From: an uncultured Chthonomonadaceae bacterium
GTDB lineage: Bacteria; Armatimonadota; Chthonomonadetes; Chthonomonadales; Chthonomonadaceae
Direction of reading: 5' to 3'
Length of the DNA stretch: 64,000 bases
NCBI GenBank assembly: GCA_963817895.1
Contig: CAWFQB010000005.1
Span: 32,001 to 96,000 of the forward strand
A program made the position numbers and the translations under genes. The notes below the pieces were generated by a model, which had not been told where the DNA came from, searched no databases, and saw only the letters and a program-made list of their open reading frames with translations. This document shows positions 18,959 to 28,021 of the stretch, piece after piece (position 1 is the first letter of the stretch; every line of letters begins with the position of its first letter).

Positions 18959-19236
18959 TTGTGCGCTCACCTCGCTACTCGAAAGAGGAATTTGCCCAAC
19001 GCGGCGATGAAATTTATAACCGTGACATTCGTTCGCAGGTGGATACTGAACAGAACAAAGGCAAGTTTGTTGCCATTGACATTGAAACTAGCTCATGGGA
19101 AATGGACGCCGACGAACTAACTGCCGGCGACCGTTTATTTGCGCGTATCCCCGATGCGCAAACGTGGATGGTGCGGGTGGGTTACGGCTATCTGCGGCGC
19201 TTCGGCGCGGGGCGCAGTCGGAGGGCGACAGGATGA
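18955..19236 (+). CDS. Small DUF5678-like partner protein (module 2)
   Basis: PRYSKEEFAQRGDEIY...GKFVAIDIET...WMVRVG; paralog of 18447; GGAGG RBS. Confidence 0.78.
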   Translation: MIVRSPRYSKEEFAQRGDEIYNRDIRSQVDTEQNKGKFVAIDIETSSWEMDADELTAGDRLFARIPDAQTWMVRVGYGYLRRFGAGRSRRATG

Positions 19237-19607
19237 CGGGAATTGTTACCACTGACCGTGAAGCCATTCTCGAAGTGTCGGTACTTGATGTCGGCGGACA
19301 GGAACAGAAGTACCCCTCAGTTGTGGATACCGGCTTTACAGGCTGGCTGACTTTGCCGCCGGATGTGATTGCCGCGTTAGGATTGACATGGCGAGAGCGG
19401 GGCGGCGCAATGCTTGCGGATGGAAGCCATACCTTTTTCGATGTTTACAATGCTACCGTGATATGGGATGGGCAGCCAGTGACTATTCCCGTTGATGAAG
19501 TAGACTCTGATCCGCTTTTGGGCATGTCACTGATGTACGGTTAAGAATTGGCGCTGCCCGTTTTGGATGGCGCAACGTTCGTTCTGAGACGGATTGCGAA
19601 TCCGTAA
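19233..19607 (+). pseudogene. Clan AA aspartic protease with in-frame TAA at 19542-19544 (module 2)
   Basis: VVDTGFTGWLTLP, MLADGS, PLLGMSLMYG*ELALPVLDGATFVLRRI. Confidence 0.8.
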
Positions 19608-19740
19608 CAAAATCATTCTTAAAGTGGAAACACGCCGTATTCTTGCCACGATGGGGGCTAATATCTGAACCATGTCGAAAGATGCCGTTGAGGTTGCCGA
19701 ATAATATATTGACAATACCCTGCCTTTAGTAGAGTAAGCA

Positions 19741-19911
19741 GTGGCGTATCAGCAGATGGCTCAGGACGAAGGGCGCGAAGCCGCAGCATTGGAATGGGCC
19801 AAAGCCGTTGAAGGTATCCGGCGCGGGTGGGAAGCGTGTGAACAGGGGCAAAGTCGTCCGTTCCACGAGTTTGCTGCCGAACAACGCGCGAAATTTAATC
19901 TGCCGTCATAA
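19741..19911 (+). pseudogene. Chimeric antitoxin-like remnant
   Basis: AYQQMAQDEGREAAALEWA fused to EGIRRGWEACEQGQSRPFHEF; both resemble antitoxin C-termini. Confidence 0.45.
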
Positions 19912-19975
19912 TTGAAAACGGCAATGATGTACGTGGATACCTTGCGTGAAGTGGCCTGTGACGCTTAACAAGATG

Positions 19976-20004
19976 TTGACTCTCGGACACACAACAGGTA
20001 CAAT
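19976..20004 (+). promoter_or_regulatory. sigma70-type promoter
   Basis: TTGACT-N17-TACAAT upstream of the 20045 gene. Confidence 0.55.
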
Positions 20005-20044
20005 CGGCAATACCTAAAAGAAGTAGAGTGCCAGAGGGGAGTTC

Positions 20045-21877
20045 TTGCCTGTGAATTGTCGGTTTCACGAGAAGCGGTTTCGCGCCGCTTTCGCCAGAAT
20101 AAATTATGCTGCGCTGTTACCCGGCATCGGGGCTGCCCTGTGCGCGGGTTTTTTGCTGTGTAGTCCGGCGTTTGGACGGGCGCAGAGCATGCCCGACCTT
20201 GCCCGCAACGCCAATCTCGCGATGGGTGGGCAGGGGCGGCTGATGTGGGTGGACGGCACGGCGAACGTCACGCGGACGATACAGGAGAATGGCCGGACGC
20301 GCGTTGTGGACTATACGACGACAAAAGAGGGCGTTGCCGAAGTCGTGCGCCGGTGCAAAGCCGCGCATATCAATACCATTGTCGTGGATGTCAAGCCGCT
20401 TTCCGGGCAGGTGCTGTATCGCAGCAAAACCACGCCGCGCATGACCGATTGGAAAGGCCATCCGGTTCCCGACTTCGATGTGCTGGCCGCGTTTATCGAA
20501 GAGGGGCATAAGGCAGGGCTGCAAGTAGACGCCTGCATCAACACACTCAGCGAGGGACACAAGTATTTCAACACGGGGCTGGCGTATCAGCATCCCGACT
20601 GGCAAAGCATGGTTTATACCATTGACCGGGGCATGAACCTGTCCAATGGCGCGCGGCTCTCCATACGCGCGCCCGGCGAACCCGATGATGCCGCCAAACC
20701 TACCCTCCTTGCGGGCGGGAAATCGGTTGTCGGGGATGAGCCGAGCGGCCTGACGGGATTAGAGGGGCCGGATACGGGCGACGAACCGAGCGGCGCGACA
20801 GTCGGGCAACAGATCAACGTAGTCGTGGACGGCAACAGCCGGATCGCGGGCATGGTGGACAGCGCGTTATTGGGTGACGATCCGCTTGTCGCGCCGGAGG
20901 GCGGGCGACTGATTACGGCCACGCGGGACAGCGACCGCGAATGGCTGGGGCGCAACGTGAAGCCGGGGCAAACCGTCCGCTTTGATATGCGTACCGGCCT
21001 GACGCCCATCACGCAGGCTCCCAGTGAAAAGGTATCGTGCTTCGTCAATCCATTGCACCCCGATGCCCGACGGCACGAACTGGATGTCGTCCGTGAAATC
21101 GTGGGCGGCTATGACATAGATGGGTTTGTATTGGATCGCTGCCGCTTCAGCAACCTGTACAACGATTTCAGCGACCGGACGCGGGAGGCGTTCGAGCAGT
21201 TTATCCACCGGCCCGTTTCCCGCTGGCCGCAGGATGTTTTCGCGTTCAATCCGACTCCGGGCGGCGACATTATCAAGGGGCCGCTGTATAAGCCCTGGCT
21301 GGAATTCCGCGCCCGCGTCATCCGCGATCTGGTAGCCGAAATCGCCAAAACCGCCCGGACGCTGAAACCGGGAATCATCCTTGGAACCTACGTTGGCTCG
21401 TGGTATCCCTCCTACTATCAGGTGGGCGTCAATTGGGGCAGCGACAAAACCAATCTGCGCTACTCGTGGTTTACGCCCGATTATCCGCGCACGGGCTACG
21501 CCGAGTTCTTCGATTGGATTTCTACCGGCTGCTACTATCCCGTCGCCACCCGAACGGACGCGCGGCAGGAGGGTTTGAGCGACCGGGGAACCGTCGAGTA
21601 CGCGGCGGAATTGTCCAATCAGGCGGTTGCCAATGGCGCGTTCGTGTATCCCGGCGTATACGTGAAGGACTACGTCAGCCACCCGGACGTGTTTATTCGC
21701 GCATTGGAAGCGGCAGGCAAGCAGGGGCAGGGCTGGATGATCTTCGACCTGTCCTATATTGACGAGTACAACTGGTGGCCCGTGCTGGAAAAAGCCTTCA
21801 GCAAAGACATGCCCACGCCTGACCGGAATCCTGACGTTCTGAGCGCGATACGCAGCGCGATGGATGCCGCAAAATAG
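20045..21877 (+). CDS. Glycosyl hydrolase-like 10 (DUF187-type) secreted protein
   Basis: INTIVVDVKPLSG, FVNPLHP, YDIDGFVLDRCRF, YVGSWYPSYYQVGVNW. Confidence 0.8.
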   Translation: MPVNCRFHEKRFRAAFARINYAALLPGIGAALCAGFLLCSPAFGRAQSMPDLARNANLAMGGQGRLMWVDGTANVTRTIQENGRTRVVDYTTTKEGVAEVVRRCKAAHINTIVVDVKPLSGQVLYRSKTTPRMTDWKGHPVPDFDVLAAFIEEGHKAGLQVDACINTLSEGHKYFNTGLAYQHPDWQSMVYTIDRGMNLSNGARLSIRAPGEPDDAAKPTLLAGGKSVVGDEPSGLTGLEGPDTGDEPSGATVGQQINVVVDGNSRIAGMVDSALLGDDPLVAPEGGRLITATRDSDREWLGRNVKPGQTVRFDMRTGLTPITQAPSEKVSCFVNPLHPDARRHELDVVREIVGGYDIDGFVLDRCRFSNLYNDFSDRTREAFEQFIHRPVSRWPQDVFAFNPTPGGDIIKGPLYKPWLEFRARVIRDLVAEIAKTARTLKPGIILGTYVGSWYPSYYQVGVNWGSDKTNLRYSWFTPDYPRTGYAEFFDWISTGCYYPVATRTDARQEGLSDRGTVEYAAELSNQAVANGAFVYPGVYVKDYVSHPDVFIRALEAAGKQGQGWMIFDLSYIDEYNWWPVLEKAFSKDMPTPDRNPDVLSAIRSAMDAAK

Positions 21878-22058
21878 GAAACAGGGAAAAAGGAGAAAAC
21901 AACGTTATTGCCTCACCTGACGCATGCGCGCTCGTGTCTTTATTTCTTGTGTGGCGTTCGCTGTCAGGTCTCCTTCCGCGCTGTAGCCGACGTTGGGGAG
22001 AGGCTGCGCTTTGTATGCAGTCGCTTCCTCTCTCCTCTTCTGCTTATTCCTTATCCCT

Positions 22059-24071
22059 TTATATGGGAAATGCGCGGTAGGTTTGTATTCCCAACACGCT
22101 GCCGTAGATGGCCCACACGCTGCCCGTAATGTAGTCGCCTAAAATCAGGCCGATGAAAAAGGGGATGAACTGGCGGTACGATTTCATGCCGCCGTAGCGC
22201 ACGATCAGCGATTTGATGAACCAGCCGACGAGCGTGGCGCACCACAGCCATTCCATCGTGGCCGTACCCGCCACCGCGTACCCGATGGGATGGAACGGCC
22301 ACCAGATGAACCGTTGCCGCAGGAAAATCAACGCGCCCGTGACTATAAAGCCCAGCGTCACGCCCTCCATGCGCGGGAAATCCGGTTTGGTCGGGTTGTC
22401 CAGAACGTCCTTTAGTTGCCGCCAGGGGACGTTGCCCATGTCCGTGCGCCAGTTGTTCACTTTGGCGGTTGCCGCCCCGTACTGGTAATAGCACGTCAGC
22501 GTGGACGCCCAGGACGCCAGAGCGCCGATAACCGTTGCCAGCACGATCACGGCGGCAAGGTGTTTGAGGTTCATGCGGCTGGACTCGCCGATCTTCATGG
22601 CTTCCAGTTGGTTCGGCATCACGGTCGTACGCATGTCCAGGTCGTGCCACAGCACCATGTTCAGGCCGACGTGATCCTGCATGGAGAAAGCCGACGAGCC
22701 GACGCCGGCTTTCATCAGGTCATGCACATTCATATACGGCCCGAAGCCCCAGGGCAGCCCCGCTTCCGCCCGGATGCGCGTAAACGTGATGACGTACAAA
22801 TAATACAGAAAAAAGTACACGGTCGGCACAAGCCACGACATGCCGATGGCGATGCCGAACCCGATGAGGAACAGATACCCCGCCACCCCGCCCAGTATGG
22901 CGACGCGGTACGGCATGGCCTCGTTCGCGTCGTTCAGGGCGTTGGCGGAACCGGGTTTCATGTGGCGGAATACGTTTAGCAGGGCGGTTTTGAGCGGCTG
23001 TCTCATGCCGTACAGCGCAAACAGGGCGACGCCCAGAAACGCGCCCGCCGACTGTTCCCCAACGTACGGCATCCGGCTTGCCGCCTGACTCGCGCCCGCG
23101 TCGTGATAGCCCAATCCCGTCGCCATCACGTTCTGAAACTTGCCGAACAGGTAGAAAAACCACAGCGAAAACGCGACATCCAGCGGCAGAAAGTACGTCA
23201 GGCCAATCACAAGCGGGTAAAACGAGAGTTGCAGTGTGCCGATGCCGCTCCAGGGCGCTGCGCCGACAAAAAACGGCGTCAGGTTCAGGCGCTGGTCGGA
23301 CGGCTTGATGGGGAAGAACGGAACGCTCGGATACAGATAGTTCAGGCTGGCGAGGGTTTCCAGCACAACCGGAATCATGAACCCGATCCACAACTGCTTG
23401 TTCATAAACAGCGCGCCGGAACCGCCATCCCGCGCGATTTCCAGCGGCAACTGCGTAATCGGGAAACTCAACCGCTCCTGATCCATCCACTGGCGGCGTA
23501 TCAGCACGTTGAGGCACAGCATTACCCACAGCAATACGACGATAAAACCGGTCCACACAAGCACGGGCGACAGCCAGCCGGAAATATGTTCCCATGTCCA
23601 GAACGTGCTTTGCCCGGTATAAAAGGCTTTGGTGACGCTTTCGTTCGGCATCAGCCAGGGACGGACGACGGGCAGAAACCGCTCCTTCCACTTGTTTTCG
23701 GGCGTTCCGTAATAAAAGATGTTGCCGGTGAAGGGGGTTAAAAACTGCATCATGCCGATGCCCGATATGCCTATCGAGACGGTCTGCATGACATAGATGT
23801 ACATCAATTCGGCCTGCGCAAAGGCGAAGCGGGGCAGAAAACGCTTCAGGCCGAAGTTGACAAGCAGCAGGACGAACAAAACGAACACGACGGCGATAAT
23901 CAGCGACATAGCCGCCAGATCGGTAGCCTGCGCGACGATTTCCGTGTATTCCACCCACAAACACATCAGGGGAATCAGCAGAATGCCGATAATCAAGGCG
24001 CGAAGGGTTATGCCTTCCCGCCGAATCGCGTTGTTCGCGGGCGTGGGGGAAGTGTCGGGCGTCGTTGCCAA
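22059..24071 (-). CDS. Polytopic membrane protein (DUF6785/DUF6784-like putative transporter)
   Basis: Many TMs; RRQWMDQERLSFPI, RIRAEAG, WWPFHPIGY, RYGG, PFFIGLILGD; TTG start after AAAGGA. Confidence 0.8.
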   Translation of the reverse strand: MATTPDTSPTPANNAIRREGITLRALIIGILLIPLMCLWVEYTEIVAQATDLAAMSLIIAVVFVLFVLLLVNFGLKRFLPRFAFAQAELMYIYVMQTVSIGISGIGMMQFLTPFTGNIFYYGTPENKWKERFLPVVRPWLMPNESVTKAFYTGQSTFWTWEHISGWLSPVLVWTGFIVVLLWVMLCLNVLIRRQWMDQERLSFPITQLPLEIARDGGSGALFMNKQLWIGFMIPVVLETLASLNYLYPSVPFFPIKPSDQRLNLTPFFVGAAPWSGIGTLQLSFYPLVIGLTYFLPLDVAFSLWFFYLFGKFQNVMATGLGYHDAGASQAASRMPYVGEQSAGAFLGVALFALYGMRQPLKTALLNVFRHMKPGSANALNDANEAMPYRVAILGGVAGYLFLIGFGIAIGMSWLVPTVYFFLYYLYVITFTRIRAEAGLPWGFGPYMNVHDLMKAGVGSSAFSMQDHVGLNMVLWHDLDMRTTVMPNQLEAMKIGESSRMNLKHLAAVIVLATVIGALASWASTLTCYYQYGAATAKVNNWRTDMGNVPWRQLKDVLDNPTKPDFPRMEGVTLGFIVTGALIFLRQRFIWWPFHPIGYAVAGTATMEWLWCATLVGWFIKSLIVRYGGMKSYRQFIPFFIGLILGDYITGSVWAIYGSVLGIQTYRAFPI

Positions 24072-24140
24072 GCGCGTCAGTCCTTTCAAAACGGGAAGGT
24101 TACTGCGCCTTTATTCACCGCATGGCAAGAGATTTCCTGC
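23997..24140. repeat. Copy A of 144-bp imperfect direct repeat (5' end and upstream region of the membrane protein gene)
   Basis: Ungapped alignment to 24922-25065, about 19 mismatches by eye. Confidence 0.9.
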
Positions 24141-24191
24141 GCATAGCGTAGGCATACCGACTGGTTGTTTCTGGTCGTTTATCGCGCTGTT

Positions 24192-24614
24192 TCAGACAGA
24201 CCAATCTTCGCATCGAAGATTGGGAATACGGGCAAAGTCGGAAAGGTTGCGGGTCAGAAGAACAGCATCGTTGGCAAGGGCGATGGCCGCAATCTGTAAA
24301 TCTTTTGTACCGACGCGCAAACGCGCCTGCCGCAGCCGCTCGAATTCGTCGGCTGCCTTTTCGTCATATTCGATGACAGCGATGTCACAGTAGTTTCTTA
24401 ACTGACGCTTGAGTTCGGCATAAACCATAATCTGCCGCGCAGGCGGCGACACCGGCGCGGTGCGAGGCAGCCAGCCCCGCGTTTGCTCTTCATAACTGAT
24501 AATTGTGGTGGCGATGTCATCGAGCGGAAGCGCGCGAAGTCGCGCCTGAATGTGCCTGCACTCCACGCCGCCGCGCTCCAGCAAACTCATGTGGTCTGTG
24601 TCAAACAGATGCAT
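24192..24614 (-). CDS. vapC: VapC/PIN toxin
   Basis: MHLFDTDHMSLL, TIISYEEQ, DLQIAAIALAND, LLTRNLSDF. Confidence 0.9.
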   Translation of the reverse strand: MHLFDTDHMSLLERGGVECRHIQARLRALPLDDIATTIISYEEQTRGWLPRTAPVSPPARQIMVYAELKRQLRNYCDIAVIEYDEKAADEFERLRQARLRVGTKDLQIAAIALANDAVLLTRNLSDFARIPNLRCEDWSV

Positions 24615-24825
24615 CGGGTTCTTCGTCCTCTTCCAATCGCTGCGACTGCCGCCATTCTCGCCCTAACCGCATAGCTTCTTCGTAGTCTTCGCTGTCGGCA
24701 AAAGTTCCAGCGATTTTTTCCCACCAGGGAATTGCATTGCCGTTTGTTGGTGGCAGATTGGTTTTCAATCGCTCGACTTCGGTTTCCAGTCGCGCCAGTC
24801 GTTCTTCCATAGTCGCTTCGGCCAT
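24601..24825 (-). CDS. Antitoxin partner of VapC
   Basis: MEERLARLETEVERLK...PWWEKIAGTF...EEAMRLGREWR; AAGGA RBS; extended -10 TGGTATAAT ~24862-24870. Confidence 0.8.
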   Translation of the reverse strand: MAEATMEERLARLETEVERLKTNLPPTNGNAIPWWEKIAGTFADSEDYEEAMRLGREWRQSQRLEEDEEPDASV

Positions 24826-24921
24826 AATATCACGTATCCTTTCTTTACACGTATCGCGAAAATTATACCACAGGTTTCTATTCCCTCCCTCCGGGTACTG
24901 CTCGTCGCGGGAACCGTGTAT

Positions 24922-25065
24922 GGCGCGAAGGGTTATGCCCTCGCGCCGAACCGCGTTGTTTGCGGGCGTGGGAGCAGAGTCGGGCGTCGTTGCCACGCGC
25001 GTCAATCCTTTCAGAACGGGAAGGTTGCCGCGCGTTTATTCGCCACAAGTCAGGGGATTTCCTGC
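24922..25065. repeat. Copy B of 144-bp repeat: orphan 5' fragment of the membrane protein gene
   Basis: Encodes VATTPDSAPTPANNAVRREGITLRA versus LATTPDTSPTPANNAIRREGITLRA, then breaks off. Confidence 0.9.
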
Positions 25066-25208
25066 ACCGAGAAGCCAGAGGAGATAGATTAGGATGAGCT
25101 AAACAGGGCTGAACGGCATGAAGAGTTTGTTCGGGAGGATGCAACGGATGAGGAGATCAAACAGAGTGTATCGGTTGGAAGGTGAGGTACAATAAAATCT
25201 CCTAAAGG

Positions 25209-26082
25209 ATGCAAGCAACGATTACCCCGCCGCCAATGCCGGAAGAGCCGAAAGCCATGAATGAAGTTGAAAACGCTGTGCAGGAGATGTACGCCACCAC
25301 GCCCGAAGGCACGCGCGCTGCTTTTCACGGCGAAAAAGACCGCGCCGTCGCCTATTATCAGGACTACATCGCGTTTGTCCGCCATGTCGCGCCCCCTGCG
25401 CTCCATCCTGACGGCAAACCGCGCCTGCTCGACATCGGCTGCGGCTGGTCCAGCTACGCTTTCGTCGAAGCGGGCTACCACGCAACCGGCATTGACCTCA
25501 ACGCAGGGGCTTTCGAGCCGCCGCCCACCCCCGAACTCATGCTGTTGGAGGCCAGCGCGACCGACTTGCCGTTTCCCGACGACTCGTTTGATGTTGTCGC
25601 CGCGTATCAGTGCATCGAGCATGTGCCGGACCCGGAACGCGCTGCGGGAAATGCTCCGGGTGTGCAGGCCGGGCGGCGCGATCTGCATTGTCGGCCCCAA
25701 TCTTATCAGCCCGATGCTTCCCTTCAAATATACCGCCGCGTATCTGACGGGGCGTGAAAAACTCGTTTTGAAACGGACGCCCACAACTCCGCGTCACCCC
25801 TACGGCAACACGCTGTCCGAAACGCTCGCCTGTATTCCGGTCACTATGTTTCGCGCCGCGCGCAAAATTCTCGCGCCCGATGCCCGTTTTTCCATGCGCG
25901 TACCCGATACCAGGCCGCCGTTTCATGCGGACAACGACGCCTGCTATATGTGTAATCCGACGGATTTCCTGAAGTGGTTTCCAAAGCGCGGATGCGAGAT
26001 TATTCAGGTGGGCAAAGTGGGACGCCCGCCTCTCAGTTATCTATTCGCGGGCGGTGTCTGGATCGCCGTCCGAAAGAGGTAG
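25209..26082 (+). CDS. Class I SAM-dependent methyltransferase (frameshift ~25643)
   Basis: LLDIGCG, DLPFPDDSFDVV, IEHVPDP / ALREMLRVCRPGG. Confidence 0.8.
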
Positions 26083-26141
26083 CGTTACGAAACCAAATAG
26101 GCGGGGCGCATCGTTTTTAATTCTGAAAATTCTGTTAATTC

Positions 26142-26277
26142 CAATACCGTTCAAATAAGGCGTTTTTCACCTCGAAAGAAACCATGTAGGGACACAACTT
26201 GTTGTGTCCTCCTCCGTCCTTATCAAACGTGGACACAACAAGTTGTGTCCCTACAAACGCTTATTTGAACGGTATTG
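26142..26277. mobile_element. 136-bp MITE/REPIN-like palindromic element
   Basis: Terminal IR CAATACCGTTCAAATAAG; inner inverted GTAGGGACACAAC palindromes; flanked by CTGTTAATTC / CTGTTAATCC. Confidence 0.65.
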
Positions 26278-26300
26278 CTGTTAATCCTGTCTATTCTCTT

Positions 26301-27977
26301 CTATTTTCCTTCCATTTGCGTCGTCCACGCGCTGCGCAGGGTGGTTTGTTCCGGCGTGACTTGCGGCAGGGGCTTACATTCGGCGTCCAATCCGGCATAC
26401 GCGAGACACTCCGTGAACGGCATCTCCTGCGTGGAACGGGCCAGCAGGTTGTAAAATTCGGTCAAATCCTGACCGGCAACTCTGTTCACCGTATCGCGAA
26501 TGTCGTCCTCGTCATAGCCGGGATTAGGCGGGGCGCACTGCCTGTACAGCGACTTCATTACGTCGTCGAGCGAACGCCGATTATTCGTGACATGCCGGAT
26601 TTTCAGGTCCAGACACAGGCCGATTAACGCGCCTTTTTCATAATAGGACAGGCCGCCGAACCCCTGACTGTCGCCGCCCTCCCAGACCTTCCAGCTCGAC
26701 TCGTCCGCCGTCACCTGCAATCGCGCCGGGGTTCGCTGCATGTTGGCAATGGCCCGCTTCCAGTGCGCCAGAAAGCGGTCTTCCGTTGCCAGTCCCGCCC
26801 TGCGAACCGCCACATACGCATAATAGTCCGTGACGCCCTCGGCAAACCACAGATTGTGGGTGCGCGGCGGCTGCTCATAGTCGAATGGCCCCAACACGCG
26901 CGGGCGGATGCGCTTGATGTTCCACTGATGAAAAAACTCGTGCGCGGCGAAGGGCGCGAATCCCTGCGGCGACGTAAAAGCCCCAATCGGCAGGCGACAG
27001 GAGTTGAGATGCTCCAGGCCGCCGCCTCTGCCATTCACCTCCAACAGAAACTCATAGAGATTGTTGGGTGCGCCGCCCATGATTCTGGTTTCGGCGCGGG
27101 CAAGCGACAGCAGCATGTTGTTAAGCGCTTCCATATTGGCGGGGGGCGGAAGCGCGTTGCCAAAATACACGGGGCGATACGTGGCGGCAATGGATTTGTC
27201 CAGTTTCAAATCGAACGTCTGCATACTATCGGCTGCGGCCATAATGAGCGGCGAGTCCGCAAGCGTATCATAGTCAGGCGCGTCAAACACCTTCCGATCA
27301 TTCGGACGCGCGCTTGCTGTCGAGTTGAGCAGCCCCGTCCACTCTTTATTGACCGGCAGCGGCGTTTCGGCTTTCCAGCCGTTCGGCACATGCGCGATAA
27401 CACTGACAGGCGCAGTCTTGTGTCCGGCCACATACATCAGAGCGGACGCGCCATTGATAAAAACATAGCGGGGCCGCAGATACACATTTTCACTGAAATA
27501 ACCGGGCGGCATTTGCGGCAACGCGTATTCCACGCGGATAATTTTTGCGCCGTTCGGCTGAATCGTCCATGTACTCGCGTCCGGGTGTGTCACGGAGAGA
27601 ATACGTCTGTCACCAGCCATAAGCATGTCCGTCGCCTGAAAGTTCTGCGCGTATTTGCCGAAGTTCTGGATATGGTAATCGCCGGGACACCAGACGGGCA
27701 TTTGCAAAGTCACCGCATCCGATTGGCGACTCGCGCCGCGTTTCCCATCCGGCAGGGGCGTATTGAACGTGATGACGACTCGCAGCACAGGCGGCGTAGC
27801 AGCCATATCCGGCGTGACCTCATACACAACAGGGCTTTCCGCCTGTTTTCGCGCCCCCTTCGATGTTTCCGCGCGGGAAGGCGGCTGCGCGGAAACCGCA
27901 TTGTGCCGCAGCAAGGGCAACAAGCCCAAAGCCGTCGCAACAGGTAAAATCAACATCCCACTTCTGTAAGATAGCAT
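26301..27977 (-). CDS. M61 family glycyl aminopeptidase-like metallopeptidase
   Basis: MPVWCPGDY, LADSP, GGGLEHLNS, AHEFFHQWNIKRIRP, LWFAEGVTDYY, SYYEKG. Confidence 0.92.
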   Translation of the reverse strand: MLSYRSGMLILPVATALGLLPLLRHNAVSAQPPSRAETSKGARKQAESPVVYEVTPDMAATPPVLRVVITFNTPLPDGKRGASRQSDAVTLQMPVWCPGDYHIQNFGKYAQNFQATDMLMAGDRRILSVTHPDASTWTIQPNGAKIIRVEYALPQMPPGYFSENVYLRPRYVFINGASALMYVAGHKTAPVSVIAHVPNGWKAETPLPVNKEWTGLLNSTASARPNDRKVFDAPDYDTLADSPLIMAAADSMQTFDLKLDKSIAATYRPVYFGNALPPPANMEALNNMLLSLARAETRIMGGAPNNLYEFLLEVNGRGGGLEHLNSCRLPIGAFTSPQGFAPFAAHEFFHQWNIKRIRPRVLGPFDYEQPPRTHNLWFAEGVTDYYAYVAVRRAGLATEDRFLAHWKRAIANMQRTPARLQVTADESSWKVWEGGDSQGFGGLSYYEKGALIGLCLDLKIRHVTNNRRSLDDVMKSLYRQCAPPNPGYDEDDIRDTVNRVAGQDLTEFYNLLARSTQEMPFTECLAYAGLDAECKPLPQVTPEQTTLRSAWTTQMEGK

Positions 27978-28021
27978 TGTCCCTCTTCCTTATTCGCGTG
28001 TATTCGCGCCCAAATTATTTT

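Noticed and set aside
24826..25005. N-terminal extension of the antitoxin ORF to 25005
   Set aside because: The extension is the duplicated stub of the membrane gene that happens to be in frame; the antitoxin has its own promoter and RBS at 24825
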